From assembly GCF_009914755.1 (NCBI RefSeq), contig NC_060935.1: 64,000 nucleotides of DNA; one strand, 5' to 3'. Of this stretch, positions 14,240-28,900 are shown one piece after another; positions within the stretch are counted from its first letter, which is position 1, and each line of letters starts with the position of its first letter. Both the position numbers and the translations under genes were made by a program. The stretch comes from the human T2T-CHM13v2.0 reference genome, Homo sapiens. Under the pieces are notes generated by a model that was not told the DNA's origin, did not search any database, and saw nothing but the letters and a program-made list of their open reading frames with translations.

Positions 14240-17200
14240 AACATTTCTTTAGATGGAGCAGTTTCCAAACCCACTTTCTGTAGAATCTGCAAGTGGATAT
14301 TTGGACTTCTCTGAGGATTTCGTTGGAAACGGGATAAACTTCCCAGAACTACAGGGAAGCATTGTGAGAAACTTCTTTGTGATGTTTGCATTCAACTCAC
14401 AGAGTTGAACCTTGCTTTCATAGTTCAGCTTTCAAACACTCTTTTTGTAGAATCTGCAAGTGGATATTTGGACCACTTTGTGGCCTTCCTTCGAAACGGG
14501 TATATCTTCACATCAAACCTAGACAGAAGCATTCTCAGAATGTTTCCTGTGATGACTGCATTCAACTCACAGAGGTGAACAATCCTGCTGATGGAGCAGT
14601 TTTGAAACTCTCTTTCTTTGGATTCTGCAAGTGGATATGTTGACCTCTGTGAAGATTTCGTTGGAAACGGGTTCATCTTCACAGAAAAACTAAACAGAAT
14701 CATTCTCAGAAACTGCTTTGTGATGTTTGTGTTCCACTTCAAGAATTGAACTTTCCTCTTGACACAGCAGCTCTGAAACCCTCTTTTTCTAGAATCTGCA
14801 AGTGGACATTTGGAGGGCTTTGAGGCCTGTGGTGGAAAAGGAAAATCTTCACATAAAAACTAGATGGAAGCATTCTCAGAAACTACTTTGTGATGATTGC
14901 ATTCAACTCACAGAGTTGAACATTCCTATAGATAGAGCAGGTTGTAAACAATCTTTTTGTAGAATCTGCGATTGGAGATTTGGACTGCTTTGAGGCCTAC
15001 TGTAGTAAAGGAAATAACTTCATCTAAAAACCAAACGGAAGCATTCACAGACAATTCTTAGTGATCATTGGATTGAACTAACAGAGCTGAACATTCCTTC
15101 AGATGGAGCAGTTTCCAAACACACTTTCTGTAGAATCTGCAAGTGGATATTTGGACTTCTCTGAGGATTTCGTTGGAAACGGGATAAACTTCCCAGAACT
15201 ACACGGAAGCATTGTGAGAAACTTCTTTGTGATGTTTGCATTCAACTCACAGAGTTGAACCTTGCTTTCATAGTTCAGCTTTCAAACACTCTTTTTGTAG
15301 AATCTGCAAGTGGATATTTGGACCACTTTGTGGCCTTCCTTCGAAACGGGTAGATCTTCACATCAAACCAAGACAGAAGCATTCTCAGAATGTTTCCTGT
15401 GATGACTGCATTCAACTCACAGAGGTGAACAATCCTGTTGATGGAGCAGTTTTGAAACTCTCTTTCTTTGGATTCTGCAAGTGGATATGTGGACCTCTGT
15501 GAAGATTTCGTTGGAAACGGGTTCATCTTCACAGAAAAACTAAACAGAAGCATTCTCAGAAACTGCTTTGTGATGTTTGTGTTCCACTTCAGGAATTGAA
15601 CTTTCCTCTTGAAAGAGCACCTCTGAAACCCTCTTTTTCTAGAATCTGCAAGTGGACATTTGGAGGGCTTTGAGGCCTGTGGTGGAAAAGGAAAATCTTC
15701 ACATAAAAACTAGATGGAAGCATTCTCAGAAACTACTTTGTGATGATTGCATTCGACTCACAGAGTTGAACATTCCTATAGATAGAGCAGGTTGTAAACA
15801 ATCTTTTTGTAGAATCTGCGATTGGAGATTTGGACTGCTTTGAGGCCTACTGTAGTAAAGGAAATAACTTCTTCTAAATACCAAACGGAAGCATTCACAG
15901 ACAATTCTTAGTGATCATTGGATTGAACTAACAGAGCTGAACATTCCTTCAGATGGAGCAGTTTCCAAACACACTTTCTGTAGAATCTGCAAGTGGATAT
16001 TTGGACTTCTCTGAGGATTTCGTTGGAAACGGGATAAACTTCCCAGAAGTACACGGAAGCATTCTGAGAAACTTCTTTGTAATGTTTGCATTCAACTCAC
16101 AGAGTTGAACCTTGCTTTCATAGTTCAGCTTTCAAACACTCTTTTTGTAGAATCTGCAAGTGGATATTTTGACCACTTAGTGGGCTTCCTTCGAAACGGG
16201 TATATCTTCACATCAAACCTAGACAGAAGCATTCTCAGAATGTTTCCTGTGATGACTGCATTCAACTCACAGAGGTGAACAATCCTGTTGATGGAGCAGT
16301 TTTGAAACTCTCTTTCTTTGGATTCTGCAAGTTGATATGTGGACCTCTGTGAAGATTTCGTTGGAAACGGGTTCATCTTCACAGAAAAACTAAACAGAAG
16401 CATTCTCAGAAACTGCTTTGTGATGTTTGTGTTCCACTTCAAGAATTGAACTTTCCTCTTGACAGAGCAGCTCTGAAACCCTCTTTTTCTAGAATCTGCA
16501 AGTGGACATTTGGAGGGCTTTGAGGCCTGTGGTGGAAAATGAAAATCTTCACATAAAAACAAGATGGAAGCATTCTCAGAAACTACTTTGTGATGATTGC
16601 ATTCGACTCACAGAGTTGAACATTCCTATAGATAGAGCAGGTTGTAAACAATCTTTTTGTAGAATCTGCGATTGGAGGTTTGGACTGCTTTGAGGCCTAC
16701 TGTAGTAAAGGAAATAACTTCATCTAAAAACCAAACGGAAGCATTCACAGACAATTCTTAGTGATCATTGGATTGAACTAACAGAGCTGAACATTCCCTT
16801 AGATGGCGCAGTTTCCAAACACACTTTCTGTAGAATCTGCAAGTGGATATTTGGACCTCTCTGAGGATTTCGTTGGAAACGGGATAAACTTCCCAGAACT
16901 ACAGGGAAGCATTGTGAGAAACTTCTTTGTGATGTTTGCATTCAACTCACAGAGTTGAACCTTGCTTTCATAGTTCAGCTTTCAAACACTCTTTTTGTAG
17001 AATCTGCAAGTGGATATTTGGACCACTTTGTGGCCTTCCTTCGAAACGGGTATATCTTCACATCAAACCTAGACAGAAGCATTCTCAGAATGTTTCCTGT
17101 GATGACTGCATTCAACTCACAGAGGTGAACAATCCTGCTGATGGAGCAGTTTTGAAACTCTCTTTCTTTGGATTCTGCAAGTGGATATGTTGACCTCTGT

Positions 17201-20200
17201 GAAGATTTCGTTGGAAACGGGTTCATCTTCACAGAAAAACTAAACAGGAGCATTCTCAGAAACTGCTTTGTGATGTTTGTGTTCCACTTCAAGAATTGAA
17301 CTTTCCTCTTGACAGAGCAGCTCTGAAACCCTCTTTTTCTAGAATCTGCAAGTGGACATTTGGAGGGATTTGAGGCCTGTGGTGGAAAAGGAAAATCTTC
17401 ACATAAAAACTAGATGGAAGCATTCTCAGAAACTACTTTGTGATGATTGCATTCGACTCACAGAGTTGAACATTCCTATAGATAGAGCAGGTTGTAAACA
17501 ATCTTTTTGTAGAATCTGCGATTGGAGATTTGGACTGCTTTGAGGCCTACTGTAGTAAAGGAAATAACTTCATCTAAATACCAAACGGAAGCATTCACAG
17601 ACAATTCTTAGTGATCATTGGATTGAACTAACAGAGCTGAACATTCCTTTAGATGGAGCAGTTTCCAAACCCACTTTCTGTAGAATCTGCAAGTGGATAT
17701 TTGGACTTCTCTGAGGATTTCGTTGGAAACGGGATAAACTTCCCAGAACTACAGGGAAGCATTGTGAGAAACTTCTTTGTGATGTTTGCATTCAACTCAC
17801 AGAGTTGAACCTTGCTTTCATAGTTCAGCTTTCAAACACTCTTTTTGTAGAATCTGCAAGTGGATATTTGGACCACTTTGTGGCCTTCCTTCGAAACGGG
17901 TATATCTTCACATCAAACCTAGACAGAAGCATTCTCAGAATGTTTCCTGTGATGACTGCATTCAACTCACAGAGGTGAACAATCCTGCTGATGGAGCAGT
18001 TTTGAAACTCTCTTTCTTTGGATTCTGCAAGTGGATATGTTGACCTCTGTGAAGATTTCGTTGGAAACGGGTTCATCTTCACAGAAAAACTAAACAGGAG
18101 CATTCTCAGAAACTGCTTTGTGATGTTTGTGTTCCACTTCAAGAATTGAACTTTCCTCTTGACAGAGCAGCTCTGAAACCCTCTTTTTCTAGAATCTGCA
18201 AGTGGACATTTGGAGGGATTTGAGGCCTGTGGTGGAAAAGGAAAATCTTCACATAAAAACTAGATGGAAGCATTCTCAGAAACTACTTTGTGATGATTGC
18301 ATTCGACTCACAGAGTTGAACATTCCTATAGATAGAGCAGGTTGTAAACAATCTTTTTGTAGAATCTGCGATTGGAGATTTGGACTGCTTTGAGGCCTAC
18401 TGTAGTAAAGGAAATAACTTCATCTAAAAACCAAACGGAAGCATTCACAGACAATTCTTAGTGATCATTGGATTGAACTAACAGAGCTGAACATTCCTTC
18501 AGATGGAGCAGTTTCCAAACACACTTTCTGTAGAATCTGCAAGTGGATATTTGGACTTCTCTGAGGATTTCGTTGGAAACGGGATAAACTTCCCAGAACT
18601 ACACGGAAGCATTGTGAGAAACTTCTTTGTGATGTTTGCATTCAACTCACAGAGTTGAACCTTGCTTTCATAGTTCAGCTTTCAAACACTCTTTTTGTAG
18701 AATCTGCAAGTGGATATTTGGACCACTTTGTGGCCTTCCTTCGAAACGGGTATATCTTCACATCAAACCTAGACAGAAGCATTCTCAGAATGTTTCCTGT
18801 GATGACTGCATTCAACTCACAGAGGTGAACAATCCTGCTGATGGAGCACTTTTGAAACTCTCTTTCTTTGGATTCTGCAAGTGGATATGTTGACCTCTGT
18901 GAAGATTTCGTTGGAAACGGGTTCATCTTCACAGAAACACTAAACAGGAGCATTCTCAGAAACTGCTTTGTGATGTTTGTGTTCCACTTCAAGAATTGAA
19001 CTTTCCTCTTGACAGAGCAGCTCTGAAACCCTCTTTTTCTAGAATCTGCAAGTGGATATTTGGAGGGATTTGAGGCCTGTGGTGGAAAAGGAAAATCTTC
19101 ACATAAAAACTAGATGGAAGCATTCTCAGAAACTACTTTGTGATGATTGCATTCGACTCACAGAGTTGAAAATTCCTATAGATAGAGCAGGTTGTAAACA
19201 ATCTTTTTGTAGAATCTGCGATTGGAGATTTGGACTGCTTTGAGGCCTACTGTAGTAAAGGAAATAACTTCATCTAAAAACCAAACGGAAGCATTCACAG
19301 ACAATTCTTAGTGATCATTGGATTGAACTAACAGAGCTGAACATTCCTTTAGATGGAGCAGTTTCCAAACACACTTTCTGTAGAATCTGCAAGTGGATAT
19401 TTGGACTTCTCTGAGGATTTCGTTGGAAACGGGATAAACATCCCAGAACTACACGGAAGCATTCTGAGAAACTTCTTTCTGATGTTTGCATTCAACTCAC
19501 AGAGTTGAACCTTGCTTTCATAGTTCAGCTTTCAAACACTCTTTTTGTAGAATCTGCAAGTGGATATTTGGACCACTTTGTGGCCTTCCTTCGAAACGGG
19601 TATATCTTCACATCAAACCTAGACAGAAGCATTCTCAGAATGTTTCCTGTGATGACTGCATTCAACTCACAGAGGTGAACAATCCTGCTGATGGAGCAGT
19701 TTTGAAACTCTCTTTCTTTGGATTCCGCAAGTTGATATTTGGACCTCTGTGAAGATTTCGTTGGAAACGGGTTCATCTTCACAGAAAAACTAAACAGAAT
19801 CATTCTCAGAAACTGCTTTGTGTTGTTTGTGTTCCACTTCAAGAATTGAACTTTCCTCTTGACAGAGCAGCTCTGAAACCCTCTTTTTCTAGAATCTGCA
19901 AGTGGACATTTGGAGGGCTTTGAGGTCTGTGGTGGAAAAGGAAAATCTTCACATAAAAACTAGATGGAAGCATTCTCAGAAACTACTTTGTGATGATTGC
20001 ATTCGACCCACAGAGTTGAACATTCCTATAGATAGAGCAGGTTGTAAACAATCTTTTTGTAGAATCTGCGATTGGAGATTTGGACTGCTTTGAGGCCTAC
20101 TGTAGTAAAGGAAACAACTTCATCTAAAAACCAAACGGAAGCATTCACAGACAATTCTTAGTGATCATTGGATTGAACTAACAGAGCTGAACATTCCCTT

Positions 20201-23200
20201 AGATGGCGCAGTTTCCAAACACACTTTCTGTAGAATCTGCAAGTGGATATTTGGACCTCTCTGAGGATTTCGTTGGAAACGGGATAAACTTCCCAGAACT
20301 ACACGGAAGCATTCTGAGAAACTTCTTTGTGATGTTTGCATTCAACTCACAGAGTTGAACCTTGCTTTCATAGTTCAGCTTTCAAACACTCTTTTTGTAG
20401 AATCTGCAAGTGGATATTTGGACCACTTTGTGGCCTTCCTTCGAAACGGGTATATCTTCACATCAAACCTAGACAGAAGCATTCTCAGAATGTTTCCTGT
20501 GATGACTGCATTCAACTCACAGAGGTGAACAATCCTGCTGATGGAGCACTTTTGAAACTCTCTTTCTTTGGATTCTGCAAGTGGATATGTTGACCTCTGT
20601 GAAGATTTCGTTGGAAACGGGTTCATCTTCACAGAAACACTAAACAGGAACATTCTCAGAAACTGCTTTGTGATGTTTGTGTTCCACTTCAAGAATTGAA
20701 CTTTCCTCTTGACAGAGCAGCTCTGAAACCCTCTTTTTCTAGAATCTGCAAGTGGATATTTGGAGGGATTTGAGGCCTGTGGTGGAAAAGGAAAATCTTC
20801 ACATAAAAACTAGATGGAAGCATTCTCAGGAACTACTTTGTGATGATTGCATTCGACTCACAGAGTTGAACATTCCTATAGATAGAGCAGGTTGTAAACA
20901 ATCTTTTTGTAGAATCTGCGATTGGAGATTTGGACTGCTTTGAGGCCTACTGTAGTAAAGGAAATAACTTCATCTAAAAACCAAACGGAAGCATTTACAG
21001 ACAATTCTTAGTGATCATTGGATTGAACTAACAGAGCTGAACATTTCTTTAGATGGAGCAGTTTCCAAACCCACTTTCTGTAGAATCTGCAAGTGGATAT
21101 TTGGACTTCTCTGAGGATTTCGTTGGAAACGGGATAAACTTCCCAGAACTACAGGGAAGCATTGTGAGAAACTTCTTTGTGATGTTTGCATTCAACTCAC
21201 AGAGTTGAACCTTGCTTTCATAGTTCAGCTTTCAAACACTCTTTTTGTAGAATCTGCAAGTGGATATTTGGACCACTTTGTGGCCTTCCTTCGAAACGGG
21301 TATATCTTCACATCAAACCTAGACAGAAGCATTCTCAGAATGTTTCCTGTGATGACTGCATTAAACTCACAGAGGTGAACAATCCTGCTGATGGAGCAGT
21401 TTTGAAACTCTCTTTCTTTGGATTCTGCAAGTGGATATGTTGACCTCTGTGAAGATTTCGTTGGAAACGGGTTCATCTTCACAGAAAAACTAAACAGAAT
21501 CATTCTCAGAAACTGCTTTGTGATGTTTGTGTTCCACTTCAAGAATTGAACTTTCCTCTTGACACAGCAGCTCTGAAACCCTCTTTTTCTAGAATCTGCA
21601 AGTGGACATTTGGAGGGCTTTGAGGCCTGTGGTGGAAAAGGAAAATCTTCACATAAAAACTAGATGGAAGCATTCTCAGAAACTACTTTGTGATGATTGC
21701 ATTCGACTCACAGAGTTGAACATTCCTATAGATAGAGCAGGTAGTAAACAATCTTTTTGTAGAATCTGCGATTGGAGATTTGGACTGCATTGAGGCCTAC
21801 TGTAGTAAAGGAAATAACTTCATCTAAAAACCAAACGGAAGCATTCACAGACAATTCTTAGTGATCATTGGATTGAACTAACAGAGCTGAACATTCCTTC
21901 AGATGGAGCAGTTTCCAAACACACTTTCTGTAGAATCTGCAAGTGGATATTTGGACTTCTCTGAGGATTTCGTTGGAAACGGGATAAACTTCCCAGAACT
22001 ACACGGAAGCATTGTGAGAAACTTCTTTGTGATGTTTGCATTCAACTCACAGAGTTGAATCTTGCTTTCGTAGTTCAGCTTTCAAACACTCTTTTTGTAG
22101 AATCTGCAAGTGGATATTTGGACCACTTTGTGGCCTTCCTTCGAAACGGGTATATCTTCACATCAAACCAAGACAGAAGCATTCTCAGAATGTTTCCTGT
22201 GATGACTGCATTCAACTCACAGAGGTGAACAATCCTGTTGATGGAGCAGTTTTGAAACTCTCTTTCTTTGGATTCTGCAAGTGGATATGTGGACCTCTGT
22301 GAAGATTTCGTTGGAAACGGGTTCATCTTCACAGAAAAACTAAACAGAAGCATTCTCAGAAACTGCTTTGTGATGTTTGTGTTCCACTTCAGGAATTGAA
22401 CTTTCCTCTTGAAAGAGCACCTCTGAAACCCTCTTTTTCTAGAATCTGCAAGTGGACATTTGGAGGGCTTTGAGGCCTGTGGTGGAAAAGGAAAATCTTC
22501 ACATAAAAACTAGATGGAAGCATTCTCAGAAACTACTTTGTGATGATTGCATTCGACTCACAGAGTTGAACATTCCTATAGATAGAGCAGGTTGTAAACA
22601 ATCTTTTTGTAGAATCTGCGATTGGAGATTTGGACTGCTTTGAGGCCTACTGTAGTAAAGGAAATAACTTCATCTAAATACCAAACGGAAGCATTCACAG
22701 ACAATTCTTAGTGATCATTGGATTGAACTAACAGAGCTGAACATTCCTTCAGATGGAGCAGTTTCCAAACACACTTTCTGTAGAATCTGCAAGTGGATAT
22801 TTGGACTTCTCTGAGGATTTCGTTGGAAACGGGATAAACTTCCCAGAAGTACACGGAAGCATTCTGAGAAACTTCTTTGTAATGTTTGCATTCAACTCAC
22901 AGAGTTGAACCTTGCTTTCATAGTTCAGCTTTCAAACACTCTTTTTGTAGAATCTGCAAGTGGATATTTTGACCACTTAGTGGGCTTCCTTCGAAACGGG
23001 TATATCTTCACATCAAACCTAGACAGAAGCATTCTCAGAATGTTTCCTGTGATGACTGCATTCAACTCACAGAGGTGAACAATCCTGTTGATGGAGCAGT
23101 TTTGAAACTCTCTTTCTTTGGATTCTGCAAGTTGATATGTGGACCTCTGTGAAGATTTCGTTGGAAACGGGTTCATCTTCACAGAAAAACTAAACAGAAG

Positions 23201-23660
23201 CATTCTCAGAAACTGCTTTGTGATGTTTGTGTTCCACTTCAAGAATTGAACTTTCCTCTTGACAGAGCAGCTCTGAAACCCTCTTTTTCTAGAATCTGCA
23301 AGTGGACATTTGGAGGGCTTTGAGGCCTGTGGTGGAAAATGAAAATCTTCACATAAAAACAAGATGGAAGCATTCTCAGAAACTACTTTGTGATGATTGC
23401 ATTCGACTCACAGAGTTGAACATTCCTATAGATAGAGCAGGTTGTAAACAATCTTTTTGTAGAATCTGCGATTGGAGGTTTGGACTGCTTTGAGGCCTAC
23501 TGTAGTAAAGGAAATAACTTCATCTAAAAACCAAACGGAAGCATTCACAGACAATTCTTAGTGATCATTGGATTGAACTAACAGAGCTGAACATTCCCTT
23601 AGATGGCGCAGTTTCCAAACACACTTTCTGTAGAATCTGCAAGTGGATATTTGGACCTCT
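14240..23660 (+). repeat. ~3-HOR block duplicated at offset 6800 (about 14240-16860 and 21040-23660)
   Basis: Shared rare variants: ACATTTCTTT 14241/21041, GACACAGCAG 14761/21561, GAAAGAGCAC 15611/22411, TCCCAGAAGT 16041/22841, GACCACTTAG 16171/22971, GGTGGAAAAT 16531/23331, ATTGGAGGTT 16671/23471. Confidence 0.9.
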
Positions 23661-25949
23661 CTGAGGATTTCGTTGGAAACGGGATAAACTTCCCAGAACT
23701 ACACGGAAGCATTCTGAGAAACTTCTTTGTGATGTTTGCATTCAACTCACAGAGTTGAACCTTGCTTTCATAGTTCAGCTTTCAAACACTCTTTTTGTAG
23801 AATCTGCAAGTGGATATTTGGACCACTTTGTGGCCTTCCTTCGAAACGGGTATATCTACACATCAAACCTAGACAGAAGCATTCTCAGAATGTTTCCTGT
23901 GATGACTGCATTCAACTCACAGAGGTGAACAATCCTGCTGATGGAGCACTTTTGAAACTCTCTTTCTTTGGATTCTGCAAGTGGATATGTTGACCTCTGT
24001 GAAGATTTCGTTGGAAACGGGTTCATCTTCACAGAAACACTAAACAGGAGCATTCTCAGAAACTGCTTTGTGATGTTTGTGTTCCACTTCAAGAATTGAA
24101 CTTTCCTCTTGACAGAGCAGCTCTGAAACCCTCTTTTTCTAGAATCTGCAAGTGGACATTTGGAGGGCTTTGAGGCCTGTGGTGGAAAAGGAAAGTCTTC
24201 ACATAAAAACTAGATGGAAGCATTCTCAGAAACTACTTTGTGATGATTGCATTCGACTCACAGAGTTGAACATTCCTATAGATAGAGCAGGTTGTAAACA
24301 ATCTTTTTGTAGAATCTGCGATTGGAGATTTGGACTGCTTTGAGGCCTACTGTAGTAAAGGAAATAACTTCATCTAAAAACCAAACGGAAGCATTTACAG
24401 ACAATTCTTAGTGATCATTGGATTGAACTAACAGAGCTGAACATTCCTTTAGATGGATCAGTTTCCAAACCCACTTTCTGTAGAATCTGCAAGTGGATAT
24501 TTGGACTTCTCTGAGGATTTCGTTGGAAACGGGATAAACTTCCCAGAACTACAGGGAAGCATTGTGAGAAACTTCTTTGTGATGTTTGCATTCAACTCAC
24601 AGAGTTGAACCTTGCTTTCACAGTTCAGCTTTCAAACACTCTTTTTGTAGAATCTGCAAGTGGATATTTGGACCACTTTGTGGCCTTCCTTCGAAACGGG
24701 TATATCTTCACATCAAACCTAGACAGAAGCATTCTCAGAATGTTTCCTGTGATGACTGCATTCAACTCACAGAGGTGAACAATCCTGCTGATGGAGCACT
24801 TTTGAAACTCTCTTTCTTTGGATTCTGCAAGTGGATATGTGGACCTCTGTGAAGATTTCGTTGGAAACGGGTTCATCTTCACAGAAACACTAAACAGGAG
24901 CATTCTCAGAAACTGCTTTGTGATGTTTGTGTTCCACTTCAAGAATTGAACTTTCCTCTTGACAGAGCAGCTCTGAAACCCTCTTTTTCTAGAATCTGCA
25001 AGTGGACATTTGGAGGGATTTGAGGCCTGTGGTGGAAAAGGAAAATCTTCACATAAAAACTAGATGGAAGCATTCTCAGAAACTACTTTGTGATGATTGC
25101 ATTCGACTCACAGAGTTGAACATTCCTATAGATAGAGCAGGTTGTAAACAATCTTTTTGTAGAATCTGCGATTGGAGATTTGGACTGCTTTGAGGCCTAC
25201 TGTAGTAAAGGAAATAACTTCATCTAAATACCAAACGGAAGCATTCACAGACAATTCTTAGTGATCATTGGATTGAACTAACAGAGCTGAACATTCCTTC
25301 AGATGGAGCAGTTTCCAAACACACTTTCTGTAGAATCTGCAAGTGGATATTTGGACTTCTCTGAGGATTTCGTTAGAAACGGGATAAACTTCCAAGAACT
25401 ACACGGAAGCATTCTGAGAAACTTCTTTGTGATGTTTGCATTCAACTCACAGAGTTGAACCTTGCTTTCATAGTTCAGCTTTCAAACACTCTTTTTGTAG
25501 AATCTGCAAGTGGATATTTGGACCACTTTGTGGCCTTCCTTCGAAACGGGTATATCTTCACATCAAACCTAGACAGAAGCATTCTCAGAATGTTTCCTGT
25601 GATGACTGCATTCAACTCACAGAGGTGAACAATCCTGCTGATGGAGCACTTTTGAAACTCTCTTTCTTTGGATTCCGCAAGTTGATATTTGGACCTCTGT
25701 GAAGATTTCGTTGGAAACGGGTTCATCTTCACAGAAAAACTAAACAGAATCATTCTCAGAAACTGCTTTGTGATGTTTGTGTTCCACTTCAAGAATTGAA
25801 CTTTCCTCTTGACAGAGCAGCTCTGAAACCCTCTTTTTCTAGAATCTGCAAGTGGACATTTGGAGGGCTTTGAGGTCTGTGGTGGAAAAGGAAAATCTTC
25901 ACACAAAAACTAGATGGAAGCATTCTCAGAAACTACTTTGTGATGATTG

Positions 25950-28900
25950 CATTCGACTCACAGAGTTGAACATTCCTATAGATAGAGCATGTTGTAAACA
26001 ATCTTTTTGTAGAATCTGCGATTGGAGATTTGGACTGCTTTGAGGCCTACTGTAGTAAAGGAAATAACTTCATCTAAAAATCAAACGGAAGCATTCACAG
26101 ACAATTCTTAGTGATCATTGGATTGAACTAACAGAGCTGAACATTCCCTTAGATGGCGCAGTTTCCAAACACACTTTCTGTAGAATCTGCAAGTGGATAT
26201 TTGGACCTCTCTGAGGATTTCGTTGGAAACGGGATAAACTTCCCAGAACTACACGGAAGCATTCTGAGAAACTTCTTTGTGATGTTTGCATTCAACTCAC
26301 AGAGTTGAACCTTGCTTTCATAGTTCAGCTTTCAAACACTCTTTTTGTAGAATCTGCAAGTGGATATTTGGACCACTTTGTGGCCTTCCTTCGAAACGGG
26401 TATATCTTCACATCAAACCTAGACAGAAGCATTCTCAGAATGTTTCCTGTGATGACTGCATTCAACTCACAGAGGTGAACAATCCAGCTGATGGAGCACT
26501 TTTGAAACTCTCTTTCTTTGGATTCTGCAAGTGGATATGTTGACCTCTGTGAAGATTTCGTTGGAAACGGGTTCATCTTCACAGAAACACTAAACAGGAG
26601 CATTCTCAGAAACTGCTTTGTGATGTTTGTGTTCCACTTCAAGAATTGAACTTTCCTCTTGACAGAGCAGCTCTGAAACCCTCTTTTTCTAGAATCTGCA
26701 AGTGGACATTTGGAGGGATTTGAGGCCTGTGGTGGAAAAGGAAAATCTTCACATAAAAACTAGATGGAAGCATTCTCAGAAACTACTTTGTGATGATTGC
26801 ATTCGACTCACAGAGTTGAACATTCCTATAGATAGAGTAGGTTGTAAACAATCTTTTTGTAAAATCTGCGATTGGAGATTTGGACTGCTTTGAGGCCTAC
26901 TGTAGTAAAGGAAATAACTTCATCTAAAAACCAAACGGAAGCATTTACACACAATTCTTAGTGATCATTGGATTGAACTAACAGAGCTGAACATTCCTTT
27001 AGATGGCGCAGTTTCCAAACCCACTTTCTGTAGAATCTGCAAGTGGATATTTGGACTTCTCTGAGGATTTCGTTGGAAACGGGATAAACTTCCCAGAACT
27101 ACAGGGAAGCATTGTGAGAAACTTCTTTGTGATGTTTGCATTCAACTCACAGAGTTGAACCTTGCTTTCATAGTTCAGCTTTCAAACACTCTTTTTGTAG
27201 AATCTGCAAGTGGATATTTGGACCACTTTGTGGCCTTCCTTCGAAACGGGTATATCTTCACATCAAACCTAGACAGAAGCATTCTCAGAATGTTTCCTGT
27301 GATGACTGCATTCAACTCACAGAGGTGAACAATCCTGCTGATGGAGCAGTTTTGAAACTCTCTTTCTTTGGATTCTGCAAGTGGATATGTTGACCTCTGT
27401 GAAGATTTCGTTGGAAACGGGTTCATCTTCACAGAAAAACTAAACAGGAGCATTCTCAGAAACTGCTTTGTGATGTTTGTGTTCCACTTCAAGAATTGAA
27501 ATTTCCTCTTGACAGAGCAGCTCTGAAACCCTCTTTTTCTAGAATCTGCAAGTGGACATTTGGAGGGCTTTGAGGAGTGTGGTGGAAAAGGAAAATCTTC
27601 ACATAAAAACTAGATGGAAGCATTCTCAGAAACTACTTTGTGATGATTGCATTCGACTCACAGAGTTGAACATTCCTATAGATAGAGCAGGTTGTAAACA
27701 ATCTTTTTGTAGAATCTGCGATTGGAGATTTGGACTGCTTTGAGGCCTACTGTAGTAAAGGAAATAACTTCATCTAAAAATCAAACGGAAGCATTCACAG
27801 ACAATTCTTAGTGATCATTGGATTGAACTAACAGAGCTGAACATTCCCTTAGATGGCGCAGTTTCCAAACACACTTTCTGTAGAATCTGCAAGTGGATAT
27901 TTGGACCTCTCTGAGGATTTCGTTGGAAACGGGATAAACTTCCCAGAACTACACGGAAGCATTCTGAGAAACTTCTTTGTGATGTTTGCATTCAACTCAC
28001 AGAGTTGAACCTTGCTTTCATAGTTCAGCTTTCAAACACTCTTTTTGTAGAATCTGCAAGTGGATATTTGGACCACTTTGTGGCCTTCCTTCGAAACGGG
28101 TATATCTTCACATCAAACCTAGACAGAAGCATTCTCAGAATGTTTCCTGTGATGACTGCATTCAACTCACAGAGGTGAACAATCCAGCTGATGGAGCACT
28201 TTTGAAACTCTCTTTCTTTGGATTCTGCAAGTGGATATGTTGACCTCTGTGAAGATTTCGTTGGAAACGGGTTCATCTTCACAGAAACACTAAACAGGAG
28301 CATTCTCAGAAACTGCATTGTGATGTTTGTGTTCCACTTCAAGAATTGAACTTTCCTCTTGACAGAGCAGCTCTGAAACCCTCTTTTTCTAGAATCTGCA
28401 AGTGGACATTTGGAGGGATTTGAGGCCTGTGGTGGAAAAGGAAAATCTTCACATAAAAACTAGATGGAAGCATTCTCAGAAACTACTTTGTGATGATTGC
28501 ATTCGACTCACAGAGTTGAACATTCCTATAGATAGAGTAGGTTGTAAACAATCTTTTTGTAAAATCTGCGATTGGAGATTTGGACTGCTTTGAGGCCTAC
28601 TGTAGTAAAGGAAATAACTTCATCTAAAAACCAAACGGAAGCATTTACACACAATTCTTAGTGATCATTGGATTGAACTAACAGAGCTGAACATTCCTTT
28701 AGATGGCGCAGTTTCCAAACCCACTTTCTGTAGAATCTGCAAGTGGATATTTGGACTTCTCTGAGGATTTCGTTGGAAACGGGATAAACTTCCCAGAACT
28801 ACAGGGAAGCATTGTGAGAAACTTCTTTGTGATGTTTGCATTCAACTCACAGAGTTGAACCTTGCTTTCATAGTTCAGCTTTCAAACACTCTTTTTGTAG

